Origin: Eledone cirrhosa
Taxonomy: Eukaryota
Reading direction: 5' to 3'
DNA length: 64,000 nucleotides
Assembly: GCA_964016885.1 (NCBI GenBank)
Contig: OZ024742.1
Coordinates: 45,694,001-45,758,000, forward strand
Positions 1 through 12,164 of this stretch are shown here, piece by piece. The position numbers and the translations under genes are program-made. The stretch's first letter is position 1. Every line of letters begins with the position of its first letter. Under the pieces are notes generated by a model. It worked only from the letters and a program-made list of their open reading frames with translations. It did no database searches and was not told the origin of the DNA.

Positions 1-660
1 TGTTGCACTGGTAGATCACGTTACGTTCTCGGCATTTGTTGTTGAGGGGGCATGTAGATCTATCAGGGCAGTTACACCTCCTGGTCGGCTCTCCACTGAT
101 GTCTAGGTTGTTTCTTCCATAGGGGTTGAGTTTTTTGTTGTTTGAGGAGACAATGTTTTGTGCGAAGTTAGGTGTGGTGCTGTAGGAGTTGGTGGTGTTT
201 TTGTTGATTATGTTGTGGTAGCGGTGTTTTAGTGGGAAGTGTTTTTCGAGGAGTCTAAAGAAGATCTTCCCGATAGGTGTTGCCACCTCGGCATTATGGG
301 GAGGATTGAACCACGTTACGTTGCGTGAGTGGCGGTGTTGCCTGCTGGTTCTGCTAAGGGAAGCTGGATAAAAGGATATTTCCTCCCGGAAGCCACTTCG
401 CTTGAGGGCCTGGTTGTAATGAGGCGCGTGTTCGTCGAATATCTGCTCATTAGCGGACAAACGAGATATGCGGAAGGAAATATTTTTAACCAGGTTATTG
501 GTGATGTTTCTAGGATGGTTAGAGCGGCAGTGGATGTATTGCAGGTTGTCGTTTGGTTTCCTGTATGGGTAGTACAGATCATTTTCGAGGTTAAGGGTAA
601 CGTCCAGGAAATTGACTCGTATTAGGGACGTTTGTAGGGTGATTTTAAATCCCCAGTCCC
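1..660 (-). pseudogene. Penelope-like element (PLE) fragment: RT C-terminus, linker and start of GIY-YIG endonuclease
   Basis: Minus-strand reading gives VNFLDVTLNLENDLYYPYRKPND..YIHCRSNHP, RNVTWFNPP..IGKIFFRLLEKHFP and CNCPDRSTCPLNNKCRERNVIYQC, all typical PLE motifs; runs off the window edge. Confidence 0.8.
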
Positions 661-1170
661 GGAAGAAGTTGATTAGTTGTTTACGGTTATTTTTATTATC
701 TTTTATTGTCTCCTACTGCCATTCGATTTACCAATTCTATAACCTCCCTCCTCTACTTCATACACTATCCTTAGAATCTGCTGTATACATATCACTTTCA
801 ACACTTGACTGCTCCACCCACTCCCCTATTGTTCTACAGGCAAGTTCAGCCACCCCTACCTCCCACCAAATGCCATGATAGACTTATTTGTGTTTACAAC
901 AAATTTTAATCAATCCTCTTGACAACTACAATCTTCACATATAAGGAAGTACCCCATTGACAAGTTCGGCTATTTATTCACCAGGCTAAAAATTCTAATT
1001 TAGTTCAGAAATAGCCATTTGAAACGGCTTGAGCTCTGCCATCGGGGTCATACTTTTTCCTATTTCCCACTCTACTACCCTAAGTATTGAGTACACTGGT
1101 GCGTTATGGTCCATCTGGTTCCTTACATATACACACACACATACATATATATATATATACACACACATGC

Positions 1171-1456
1171 CCTACAGCTTGATGCCCTTCCTAACACCAA
1201 CCTCATTTACAGTGAGTGCTGGGTGTATTTTTCCATGGCGCCTACACGTCCACTTTACAGTGAGTGCTGGGTGCTTTATTGCCATGGCACCTCCACGACC
1301 ACGTTGCAGTGGAATGATAGGGACCCCAGTCCCTATCATCTCATTTCTACAGCTCAGTAAACTGGAGCAATGAAACAACAAAGAAACAACACATCACCCG
1401 GTTTGAGAATTGAACTCACAACCTTTCGATTGCAAGCACAATGCTTTAACCACTAA

Positions 1457-1461
<5 letters not shown>
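1171..1461 (-). mobile_element. SINE family 1 (tRNA head, CORE-like body, RTE tail), partial
   Basis: Reverse complement aligns to the full copies at 37098-37492 and 59051-59389; internal deletion, 3' tail missing. Confidence 0.8.
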
Positions 1462-1487
<26 letters not shown>

Positions 1488-1491
<4 letters not shown>

Positions 1492-1644
1492 TCGTCATCA
1501 TCGTTTAACGTCCATCTTCCACGCTTGCATGGGTTTGGACGGGAGTTTTCCCACTTGAGGCAAGATTAGTTGTCTTGCTCGTATAGGACTGTCTGGCGGG
1601 TTTTCTACGGCTGGATGCCCTTCCTCACACCAACCACGTTTACA

Positions 1645-1648
<4 letters not shown>
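1488..1648 (-). mobile_element. RTE LINE family A 3' tail fragment
   Basis: (CAT)n followed by cgtttaacgtcc..ccacgcttgcatgggtttggacggg, matching the 3' end at 2181-2350. Confidence 0.8.
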
Positions 1649-1694
<46 letters not shown>

Positions 1695-1729
1695 ATGTAT
1701 ATATATATATATATGTATGTGTGTGTATG

Positions 1730-1760
<31 letters not shown>

Positions 1761-2180
1761 ATGTATATATATATATATATGTATGTGTGTGTATGTATAT
1801 ATATATATATATGTATGTGTGTGTATGTATATATATATATATATGTATGTGTGTGTATGTATATATATATATATATGTATGTGTGTGTATGTATATATAT
1901 ATATATATGTATGTGTGTGTATGTATATATATATATATATGTATGTGTGTGTATGTATATATATATATATATGTATGTGTGTGTATGTATATATATATAT
2001 ATATGTATGTGTGTGTATGTATATATATATATATATGTATGTGTGTGTATGTATATATATATATATATGTATGTGTGTGTATGTATATATATATATATAT
2101 GTATGTGTGTATATGTATGTGTATATATGTATGTGTGTATATGTATGTGTATATATGTATGTGTGTGTATGTATATATAT
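1649..2180 (+). repeat. Compound (TA)n/(TG)n tandem array, ~32-bp unit
   Basis: Near-perfect repeats of atgtatgtgtgtgtatgt(at)n. Confidence 0.95.
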
Positions 2181-2579
2181 ATCATCATCATCATCATCAT
2201 CAACGTTTAACGTCCGTGTTCCACGCTTGCATGGGTTTGGACGGGGGTAGTCCCACTTGAGGCAAGAGTGATTGTCTTGCTCGCATAGGACTGTCTGGCA
2301 GGTTTTCTACAGTTGGATGCCCTTCCTAACACCAACCACATTTACAGTGTGGGTCTGGGAGGTTTTTACCGTGTTGCCTACACGGCCACATTACAGCGTG
2401 GACTGTGTGTTTTTTTGTCGTGACACCTACACGATCTCATTTGTTTCGGCCTCGATGGCGCGGCACCAACATAACTTTACATAGAACGGGGTGGTGTGGA
2501 TCGGGTGGGGGTGGGGGTGGTGGGACGGGGTGTATTTTGTTAGAGATGCCTACTGGCTGGAGTAGGTTTTACTATATAT

Positions 2580-5500
2580 TTAGGTAAGGCGGGTCTTCTC
2601 TATTACTGAGTACCGCCAAAGGTCTCGGTCCAGTGACATTGTCTTGGAGAGGTGTAAGTGTGTGATGTCGGAGTTTATCAGCTCGTCCCAGGTTTTTCTA
2701 GGTCTGCCTATTCCGTGACTACCGTCTATCTTTATTGCCCTGCACTTTGTTATACAGCTATCGACTTTCATGCGCATCACGTGTCCATACCAACGTAGCC
2801 TTCTCTCGAGTAAACAACATCTGATCCCTCTTATCTCTAATTTATTCCTTAGTTCGTTTATGCTTTGCCGTTCACGTATATTACTGTTACACATCCAGCG
2901 GAGCATGCAAGCTTCGTTCCTCTCTAGTCTGCGTATATCCTCTGCACACAATGCCCAGGTCTCACTGCCATGCAGCATTGCTGTTCGTATGCAGGCATCG
3001 TACAACCTGCCTTTCATTTTTAGTGAGAACCCTTTAGCAGCTAATAGTGGTATAAGCTCTCTGAACTTTTTCCAACCAGTTCTGACTCTAGCTACAGTAC
3101 TTTCAGAGCACCCTCCCCCACTGCTGATTTTATCGCCCAGGTAACGGAAGCTGTCCACTATTTCTATAGAACCCTCTGCGCAATTGAAAGAGCTAGTAGT
3201 TTGTGGGCACTTGCTGCTACTTATTGCACCAGAGCACCGGCCACATGTAAAATCTATGTTCTTAGTTAGCTTACCTGTGATCCCACTACATCTTTTATGC
3301 ACCCATACTTTGCATTTAGGACATAAAATGGAGTTTCTACCTACGCCTTTCCTACACACCGAGCACGACCATTTCCCCGAAGGGACCGCCGCCTTGTTTT
3401 CTTTCCTACAAACTAGTACTTTGGTCTTAGCCAGGTTAATTTTAAGTCCTTTTGACTCTAGGCCGTGCTTCCATGTTTGGAATTTCTTCTCTAGCTCGGC
3501 CATTGATTCCGCTATGAGTGTCAGGTCGTCTGCGTATAGGAGTTCCCATGGGCAGCCTGTCTTGAACTCCTCTGTTATAGCCTGAAGGGCAATAATAAAT
3601 AGTAGTGGACTGAGAACAGAGCCCTGATGGACGCCGACTTTTACGCTAAACTCTTCACTATATTCGTTGTTAATTCTAACCTTGCTGACTGTTTCTTTAT
3701 ACATGGCTTGTATAGCCCTCACAAGCCATTCGTCAACGCCTAGTTTTCTAAGAGCCCACCAGATAATGGAGCGGGGGACTCTGTCGAAGGCTTTCTCCAA
3801 GTCGACAAAAGCTAAGTAGAGGGGTTTACCTTTAGCTAGGTACTTCTCCTGTAGTTGTCGTACTATGAAAAGAGCGTCTGTGGTACTTTTGCCTGACACA
3901 AACCCGAACTGCATTTCATCTAGGTCAATTCTCTCTCTGATTAGTTGCGCTATTACTCTTTCCGTGACCTTCATGACCTGGTCGATTAATTTAATGCCTC
4001 TATAGTTACTCCTATCTAGGGCGTCTCCTTTACCCTTATAACAGTTAACGATGATGCTGCTATGCCAGTCCTTCGGAACAACCCCGTTCTGTACGACTTG
4101 GTTAACTATGCGGGTGACCATGGTGTGTCCCACCGTGCCAGATGCCTTCAGCATCTCAGCAACTATTTCCGAAGGCCCAGCCGCCTTACCAGTCTTCATA
4201 TCCTTGATTGCCTTACTTATTATACTCCCCTCGACTAACACTGCTGGTCCCTCTATTGGGTCGATATGGGGGAGACTGCCTTTCTCCCAATTATTCTCCT
4301 CATTTAGAAGCCTTTCATAGTGACACTTCCAAGCTACCTTCTTATCAGCGTCGGTGATGGCAAGTGTGCCATCGTCGTTTAGTACACACTTCTCCCCGAC
4401 AATATCACGGTTTTCCTTGACGCATTGCCTAGCAATCCTGAACACCTCACGTTTTTGGTCATCGCGTTGTAGAACATGCTTGAACTTTCTTTCCTCAGCT
4501 TCCCTTCTTGCTAAGTACACTTGTCTCCTAGCTTCCCTCCTGGCCACTTGATAGTCCTCTCTACTTCCCCCATCCCGCCATACTTTCCAAGCCTGCTTTT
4601 TGGCCTTAATTGACCCCTCCACCTTACTGTTCCACCACCATGTTACTCTCCTCCTGCCTACAGGCCTGCTCCAGCCACAGACCTCGTCTGTCGCCAACAG
4701 CAGGTTTGCTTTCAGAAATTCCCACTCTCCCTCTATATTGTCCGACTCTAAATGTTCTTCCTTACTGTCGAAAGCATCAAGTAATATGCTTTGAAATTTA
4801 TTCCTGGCTGTGGGGTCCTTTAGCTTCCATATTTTCCTCCTGAGGATAGTCCTCTTCTGTTGTCGAGTACGTCTCGTCCTGACTATGAGGTCGCTAATTA
4901 TCAGTCTATGTTGGGAGGTGCATTCTTCATGGGGGAGGGATTTAGTGTTAACAACAGACACTCTGTCACGTCTTCTGGTAAGGATATAATCTACCTGGCT
5001 TGTGTGTTCCCCGGATCTATAGGTGATCAGGTGATTGTCACGTTTTTTGAAGTTAGTGTTACAGATAGTTAGGTTATTTGCATCACAGAATTCCAGGATT
5101 CTGGAGCCTTCCTCATTTCTAGTACCAAACCCATAGCCTCCATGGATTTCGTCGTAGCCGTCACAATGTTGTCCAACGTGACCATTTAGGTCGCCTGCGA
5201 TAATTATATAGTCACTGTCGGATATTTGGGAGGTAGTTAGCATCAGTGTCTCATAGAATCTGTCTTTTATAGTGCCGGGCAGTCCGGATTGGGGTGCGTA
5301 CGCAGATATTACTGTCACCGTAGTTCTATTGAGGACAAGTCGTATTTTAATTATTCTGTCGTTCACTCTATTTACGTCTATTATCTTATCTGCCCACTTT
5401 TCTGCTACCATGATTCCTACTCCACCCAGCCCATCGTCGTTTCCCACCCAGAAAAGCTTATAACAACGTTTTTTACCCTCAATGAACCTAGCAGACCCAC

Positions 5501-5810
5501 CCCTCCACCTGGTCTCTTGAATACAACAAGCATCGACCTCCTTACGTTCAAGCATTTCTACAACCTCGTTAGCGCGACCCTTTAGGGTGCCTACATTTAT
5601 GGTACCAACTCTGAAGTTTTGGATTGCGTTTGGGGGTTGGGGGCGGTGAGGGGCGGGGGGCGATGGGGTTATGTTAGCCGTCCGCGGTCGAAACAATGAG
5701 GAGTGCTCGCATTCTCGTCCAAGGGGTGAATTTGTCTTTATCTTTGGCATTGTCGCTGAGCGTCCAGATTTTTCTCTCTCACCTCCACTCTCCAGGATTC
5801 CGCAGTCCAT
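2580..5810 (-). CDS. RTE ORF: apurinic-like endonuclease + reverse transcriptase with internal PHD-type finger (1076 aa)
   Basis: APE motifs GTINVGTL, CIQETRW, SAYAPQ, AGDLNGHVG, QVDYIL; RT motifs NYRGIKL, QFGF, FVDLEKAFD, GVHQGSVLSP, LYADD, FRYLG; RTE C-terminus RLRWYGHVMR..GRPRKTW. Confidence 0.95.
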   Translation of the reverse strand: MDCGILESGGEREKSGRSATMPKIKTNSPLGRECEHSSLFRPRTANITPSPPAPHRPQPPNAIQNFRVGTINVGTLKGRANEVVEMLERKEVDACCIQETRWRGGSARFIEGKKRCYKLFWVGNDDGLGGVGIMVAEKWADKIIDVNRVNDRIIKIRLVLNRTTVTVISAYAPQSGLPGTIKDRFYETLMLTTSQISDSDYIIIAGDLNGHVGQHCDGYDEIHGGYGFGTRNEEGSRILEFCDANNLTICNTNFKKRDNHLITYRSGEHTSQVDYILTRRRDRVSVVNTKSLPHEECTSQHRLIISDLIVRTRRTRQQKRTILRRKIWKLKDPTARNKFQSILLDAFDSKEEHLESDNIEGEWEFLKANLLLATDEVCGWSRPVGRRRVTWWWNSKVEGSIKAKKQAWKVWRDGGSREDYQVARREARRQVYLARREAEERKFKHVLQRDDQKREVFRIARQCVKENRDIVGEKCVLNDDGTLAITDADKKVAWKCHYERLLNEENNWEKGSLPHIDPIEGPAVLVEGSIISKAIKDMKTGKAAGPSEIVAEMLKASGTVGHTMVTRIVNQVVQNGVVPKDWHSSIIVNCYKGKGDALDRSNYRGIKLIDQVMKVTERVIAQLIRERIDLDEMQFGFVSGKSTTDALFIVRQLQEKYLAKGKPLYLAFVDLEKAFDRVPRSIIWWALRKLGVDEWLVRAIQAMYKETVSKVRINNEYSEEFSVKVGVHQGSVLSPLLFIIALQAITEEFKTGCPWELLYADDLTLIAESMAELEKKFQTWKHGLESKGLKINLAKTKVLVCRKENKAAVPSGKWSCSVCRKGVGRNSILCPKCKVWVHKRCSGITGKLTKNIDFTCGRCSGAISSSKCPQTTSSFNCAEGSIEIVDSFRYLGDKISSGGGCSESTVARVRTGWKKFRELIPLLAAKGFSLKMKGRLYDACIRTAMLHGSETWALCAEDIRRLERNEACMLRWMCNSNIRERQSINELRNKLEIRGIRCCLLERRLRWYGHVMRMKVDSCITKCRAIKIDGSHGIGRPRKTWDELINSDITHLHLSKTMSLDRDLWRYSVIEKTRLT

Positions 5811-5972
5811 CCATCCATCATATATCGTATATCGAAAGGCAACCAGGCAAGCGATAGTATAGGCCTCTGGTTTCTGATTGGTCCGCGTAGTAATACTGGT
5901 GATGCGTGGGGGCTCTGTTTTATGATTGGTCCACGTAATAGCAATGGTGGTGTGTGGGGGTGGGAGGGAGGG

Positions 5973-6235
5973 TAGCTAGCAAGAAGGTAATGATTGATAG
6001 GGGTCCATGCATGTAACAAGCGATTAACAAAAATACAAAATTTGTTCTGTTAAATACGTCCAAAAACCTAAACGTATTTAGCACTTAATAGAAACAGAAA
6101 ATGTAGTTTGTTTTAGCGATAGATTGGCTATTTGGACTTGCTACGAAATATGGATTGTTTTGAAAATACGCTAGGAGAGAGAGAGAGAGAGATGATGAAA
6201 TTTGGCGAAGTGAATTCCTATCATATATTTATAGG

Positions 6236-6266
<31 letters not shown>

Positions 6267-6746
6267 TGAGAGAGAGCGAGGGTAGGGGGCCACATGATGG
6301 CTGTGGGTGTTAGGCGTTTGACCGCCCCGTGCCTTCGAAGAAGGAAGAAGGAAAGGATTTTGCTTTTTTGTTTTGAAGATACGCTAGAATTAGGGATTGG
6401 GGTTTGAAAATACGTTAGGAATTAAGGTTTGAAAATAGCTAGCAAGAAGGTAATGATTGATAGGGGTCCATGCATGTAACAAGCGATTAACAAAAATACA
6501 AAATTTGTTCTGTTAAATACGTCCAAAAACCTAAACGTATTTAGCACTTAATAGAAACAGAAAATGTGGTTTGTTTTAGCGATAGATTGGCTATTTGGAC
6601 TTGCTACGAAATATGGATTGTTTTGAAAATACGCTAGGAGAGAGAGAGAGAGAGATGAAGTCTGTACATTACGTTTACATGAGTTTCGTTTGGACAGCAG
6701 GCAATGAAATGAAATTTGGCGAAGTGAATTCCTATCATATATTTAT

Positions 6747-6788
<42 letters not shown>

Positions 6789-6830
6789 TGAGAGAGAGCG
6801 AGGGTAGGGGGCCACATGATGGCTGTGGGT
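5973..6830 (-). repeat. Tandem ~460-bp duplication at the 5' end of RTE-A copy 1
   Basis: tagctagcaagaaggtaatgattgatagggg.. begins at ~5973 and again at ~6436; both units contain (GA)n and ggtagggggccacatgatggctgtgggt. Confidence 0.9.
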
Positions 6831-6935
6831 ATATATATATATATGTGTGTGTGTATGTATATATATATATATATATGTATGTGTGTATATATATATATGT
6901 ATGTGTGTATATATATATGTATGTGTGTATATATG

Positions 6936-7544
6936 TCAGGTCACCACTTGGTGCTACTGGTAACATGTATCCCAGTACAACCTGTCTCATGGTCGGGTCG
7001 TTGGCGACTAAACTGGCAACCCCACCAAGATTTCTTGGTGAGGAGGGTGATTTTGGACATCCTGCAGGACTAAAAACAAAACCTGTCAAAGGGCAAAGGA
7101 GCTCTTAAGAGTCAATGGCCATCCAAAATCACTGGGAGAGATGACCCCTTAGCCTTTGTCAAGGCAGAATTCTAGGAGAAGGAAAACTCTGATATAACAC
7201 CTGCAACCCTGATGGTATCGAATGATGTTGACTTGTTGTTCTTTTTGGTAAATATCATCTTGGTTAAGAGAGTGGGACTGGCTTTGTGCAGTGCCTTTGC
7301 TTACTATAAAAGCTTCACGGCACAGGCATTGCTTTATATCTGGAGATCTCTCTGCACTTGTCGTCACATGGTACCAAAGGCAAAGCACTATGTGTCGATA
7401 ATTGTCACAAGTGAAGTGTTTGTACCAGAGTTTTCAAGTCGCTGGCTGGACTAAAAAGTCACACTCGTTCAGCGCATTGGTAGGGGTTCTCCTACATGGA
7501 TATAAAGTAGTGGACGTACTCGAAAACGAGTTGGCAGCCGCCAT
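6936..7544 (+). mobile_element. ~610-bp non-autonomous bipartite RTE derivative, copy 1
   Basis: RTE-type 5' UTR motif ctaggagaaggaaaactctga; 3' part reads as a C2H2 finger remnant (..[20 protein letters not shown]); terminal hairpin actcgaaaacgagt; flanked by TA/TG repeats. Confidence 0.7.
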
Positions 7545-8096
7545 GTGTGTATATATATATATGTGTGTGTATATACATATATATATGTGTGTATATATAT
7601 ATATATGTGTGTATATATATATATATGTGTGTATGTATATATATATGTATGTGTGTGTATATATATATATGTATGTGTGTGTATATATATGAATGTGTGT
7701 GTATATATATATATGAATGTGTGTATATATATATATATGAATGTGTGTATATATATATATATATGAATGTGTGTATATATATATATATATATATGAATGT
7801 GTGTATATATATATATATATATGAATGTGTGTATATATATATATGCATGTGTATATATATATATATGCATGTGTGTATATATATATGTATGTGTATATAT
7901 ATATATATGTATGTGTGTATATATATATATGTATGTGTGTATATATATAAGTGTGTATATATATGTGTGTATATATATATATGTGTATATATATGTGTGT
8001 ATATATATATGTGTATATATGTGTGTATATATATATGTGTATATATGTGTGTATATATATATATATATATGTATGTGTGTATATATATATATATAT

Positions 8097-8184
<88 letters not shown>

Positions 8185-8385
8185 GTGTGTATATATATAT
8201 ATATATATGTATGTGTGTATATATATATATATATATGTATGTGTGTATATATATATATATATATGTATGTGTGTATATATATATATATATATGTATGTGT
8301 GTATATATATATATATATATGTATGTGTGTATATATATATATATATATGTATGTGTGTATATATATATATATATATGTATGTGTG

Positions 8386-8446
<61 letters not shown>

Positions 8447-8829
8447 ATATATATATATATGTATGTGTATATATATATATGTGTATATATATATATATGT
8501 ATGTGTGTATATATATATATGTGTGTGTATATATATGTGTGTGTGTATATATATGTGTGTGTATATATATGTGTGTGTATATATGTGTGTGTATATATAT
8601 GTGTGTGTGTGTATATATATGTGTGTGTATATATATGTGTGTGCGTGTATATATATATATGTGTGTGTATATATATATATATATGTGTGTGTATATATAT
8701 ATATGTGTGTGTATATATATATGTGTATCTGTGTATATATATATATATGTGTATGTGTGTGTATATATATATATGTGTCTATATATATATATGTATGTGT
8801 GTATATATATATATATATGTATGTGTGTG

Positions 8830-8926
<97 letters not shown>

Positions 8927-8945
8927 ATATATATATATATATGTA

Positions 8946-8988
<43 letters not shown>

Positions 8989-9003
8989 ATATATATATAT
9001 GTA

Positions 9004-9084
<81 letters not shown>

Positions 9085-9113
9085 CTATTTATGTATGTGT
9101 GTGTATATATATA

Positions 9114-9147
<34 letters not shown>

Positions 9148-9151
9148 CATT

Positions 9152-9185
<34 letters not shown>

Positions 9186-9536
9186 CATGTGTGTGTGTAT
9201 ATATATATATATATACATGTATGTGTGTGTATATATATATATATATACATGTATGTGTGTGTATATATATATATATATACATGTATGTGTGTGTATATAT
9301 ATATACATGTATGTGTGTGTACATATATATACATGTATGTGTGTGTATATATATATACATGTGTGTGTGTATATATATACATGTGTGTGTGTATATATAT
9401 ATACATGTATGTGTGTATAGATATATACATGTATGTGTGTATAGATATATACATGTATGTGTGTGTATATATACATACATGTATGTGTGTATATATGTAT
9501 ATATTCATGTATGTGTGTATATATGTATATATTCAT

Positions 9537-9598
<62 letters not shown>
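7545..9598 (+). repeat. Compound (TA)n/(TG)n array (~2 kb)
   Basis: Units of (ta)n-tgtatgtgtg, switching to (ta)n-catgtatgtgtg after ~9180. Confidence 0.95.
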
Positions 9599-9601
<3 letters not shown>

Positions 9602-9728
9602 AAAGTTCTATTTAAAATTGTTGGGATACAACAAGTAAATATTTTATAACTGATATAAAGCACTCGACAAGTTTTTGGAGTAGATATACGATATTAATAA
9701 ATGGAAACTATATTTTTAAAACCATATT

Positions 9729-9793
9729 TATTTCATTATACATATTTCAGGGATACCAAATTAAAATATGGTATGCCTTCATCAGACAAAATA
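9729..9793 (-). ncRNA. Type I hammerhead ribozyme motif (left arm)
   Basis: Reverse complement of 12061-12125. Confidence 0.7.
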
Positions 9794-10252
9794 TAATATA
9801 TAAACAGTTTTATAAATAATTTTGACGTACCCTATTAAATGCAACCATTATTTTTGGAAGCTGTCTGGATAGTGAAATGTTTATTAGTTATAGTGTTAAG
9901 CACAATTAGAAAAAGACGGAGAGAAAGAAAGAAAAGACGGAGAGAGAGAAGGAGAGAGAAGGAAGGAGAGAGAGAAAAAGAAAACCTGGAGAAATATCGG
10001 AGAGAGAGAGAAATGTATGTAGAAAAGAAAGAGATAAATAGATAGGAGGAAATAAAAAGAAAGAAAAAAGGAAGAAATAAGAAAAACAAAGGAAAGCAAC
10101 AGAGAGATAATAAGTCATCGTACAGATAGAAAAACTCAAGAGAGAGAAAATACTATATAGAGAGAGGGGGAGATAGTGACAACTTTACGTCATGTCATAT
10201 TAAGTTGAGTTAACAATTTATATGAAAATTTATATGAAAATCAGGTGTAACC

Positions 10253-10504
10253 GGAGGATTATATCGTGATGACATGCTTTTACTTATTGAAAATAATAGC
10301 TGTGAACTAAATAGAAAAAGAAAACAAATTATACAATTTTTTAATTACCTTAATCTAAAAATAGAAATAGAGAATAACCATAGAATAGTCAATTTTCTGG
10401 ATGTAACACTAAATCTCAACACATGTCTTCATTATCCATTTCACAAACTAAATGAGAACTTGAATTATGTCAATTTTAACTCTAATCACCCCAGAAAATT
10501 GTGA
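10253..10504 (+). pseudogene. PLE reverse transcriptase fragment
   Basis: GGLYRDDMLL..LNRKRKQIIQFF..LKIEIE..VNFLDVTLNL..YPFHK..YVNFNSNHP. Confidence 0.8.
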
Positions 10505-12060
10505 TCTTTGTATAGAAGAAATATTCTTTATATTAAAGTCCAAAAATTCCCTTAATTTAAGGAGCAATTTATTCAGTTGCTGCAGACATAGATTGAACTC
10601 AACGTTTAAATATAAATTTAAAATGTAGTATAATTAATTAAGAAATTTAGTTAATATATGAAACTTGTCGATAAATCATTAGATTCCTTCACCTTTTTCT
10701 TTTTAAACTTTCTTCCTAAATATAAACAAGGATATAATAAACTACTCTAAAATGTATATGCTCCCAATGTATTAAATAAAATATAAGTAAGATAAATTTC
10801 TATACTAAATATAAGGTTATCCGTAGAATAACTGGGTCTTCTAAATCTTTTAAATTATTTTTATTTTTTTTTATTTGTTTTGACTCTGATAGCTTCTAAT
10901 AACTTTAATAAGTCTACCCTTTCAATATCTTGTTTTAGATATAGGTAGGATAATTTCTATACTAAATATATAAAACATATTATTTTAACTTGAGATACTC
11001 TATAGTGTTTTAAAGATATTTAATGCTTTGATATTTCTATATTAATATATTGATATTTGATTATCTCCATACAAATGCCATATGTGTGTATTAACATGCA
11101 TATAAAAGTGTTATAGGTTCTATGTATGTGTTTGTATATATATATGTATGTATATATACATGACAGATGCTGGAAAACTCACGCAGATATTTATTTCTTT
11201 ATTTATACATATATATGTGTATATATGTGTGTGTGTATATGTGATGTATGTTGCAGATATGCATAATATTAAATACATGAATGGTAATCGTATATATGAG
11301 GACATGAATATTAATTGTATATTTATGTATATATACTGTGAACTTTTTATAACGCAAGAAGTGTGTCTATATTATTGGCTTGAGTAGACATAATTTCTAT
11401 TTTCAGGACGTACATATGTGTGTATATATATATACATATTTGTATCCTGATTTTTATAAATAGGGTACTTTTTTGAAAGATTTAACTCAGATTTTGGTAT
11501 ATTGATCTCAAGTTTTTAAACTAAACATATCGTCATTATTGAACAATGTTATTTTCTCATATTATATATCTATGTCCCATTCATGAATATTAATATTTAT
11601 ATTTTTATTATTCATTTCATATAAATTGTTAACTCAACTTAATATGACATGACGTAAAGTTGTCACTATCTCCCCCTCTCTCTATATAGTATTTTCTCTC
11701 TCTTGAGTTTTTCTATCTGTACGATGACTTATTATCTCTCTGTTGCTTTCCTTTGTTTTTCTTATTTCTTTTTTTCTTTCTTTTTATTTCCTCCTATCTA
11801 TTTCTCTTTCTTTTCTACATACATTTCTCTCTCTCTCCGATATTTCTCTGTTTTCTTTTTCTCTCTCTCCTTCTTTCTCTCTCCTTCCCTCTCTCCGTCT
11901 GTTCTTTCTTTACCTCCGTCTTTTTCTAATTGTGCTTAACACTATAACTAATAAAATAATAAACATTTCACTATCCAGACAGCTTCCAAAAATAATGGTT
12001 GCATTTAATAGGGTACATCAACATAAAGAACCAATTATTTATAAAACTGTTTATATATTG

Positions 12061-12125
12061 TATTTTGTCTGATGAAGGCATACCATATTTTAATTTGGTA
12101 TCCCTGAAATATGTATAATGAAATA
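12061..12125 (+). ncRNA. Type I hammerhead ribozyme motif (right arm)
   Basis: Stem I tattttgt/atgaaata, CTGATGA 12069-12075, stem II aggcatacca/tggtatccct, GAAA 12106-12109, short stem III ata-tg-tat, predicted cleavage after AUA at 12117. Confidence 0.7.
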
Positions 12126-12164
12126 AATATGGTTTTATAAATATAGTTTCCATTTATTAATATC

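Larger units (their letters stand above)
2181..6830 (-). mobile_element. Full-length RTE-clade LINE, family A copy 1 (duplicated 5' region, ORF, 3' UTR, (GAT)n tail)
   Basis: Intact ORF 2580-5810, 3' UTR ending in (gat)n at 2181, and 5' UTR shared with the copy at 22106. Confidence 0.93.

Noticed and set aside
950-1050. Hammerhead-like hairpin ggctattt..aaatagcc followed by gaaac
   Set aside because: CUGANGA core missing; too degenerate to call
2770-5585. Short antisense ORFs recurring in each RTE copy
   Set aside because: Shadows of the RT ORF; they recur only because the elements are copies
6936-7025. Canonical HDV-like ribozyme at the 5' end of the bipartite element
   Set aside because: P2-, P4- and J4/2-like pieces are visible but no convincing P1 or 7-nt L3 could be built by eye; kept only as a structured-RNA candidate
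7434-9649. Long Y/I/C/V/H/T-rich ORFs here and in all arrays (up to 995 aa)
   Set aside because: Alternating purine-pyrimidine repeats cannot form stop codons, so they are open in all frames; not genes
10505-11600. Minus-strand GIY-YIG remnant (YIGS) inside the inverted repeat
   Set aside because: Too decayed and AT-rich to support a separate call
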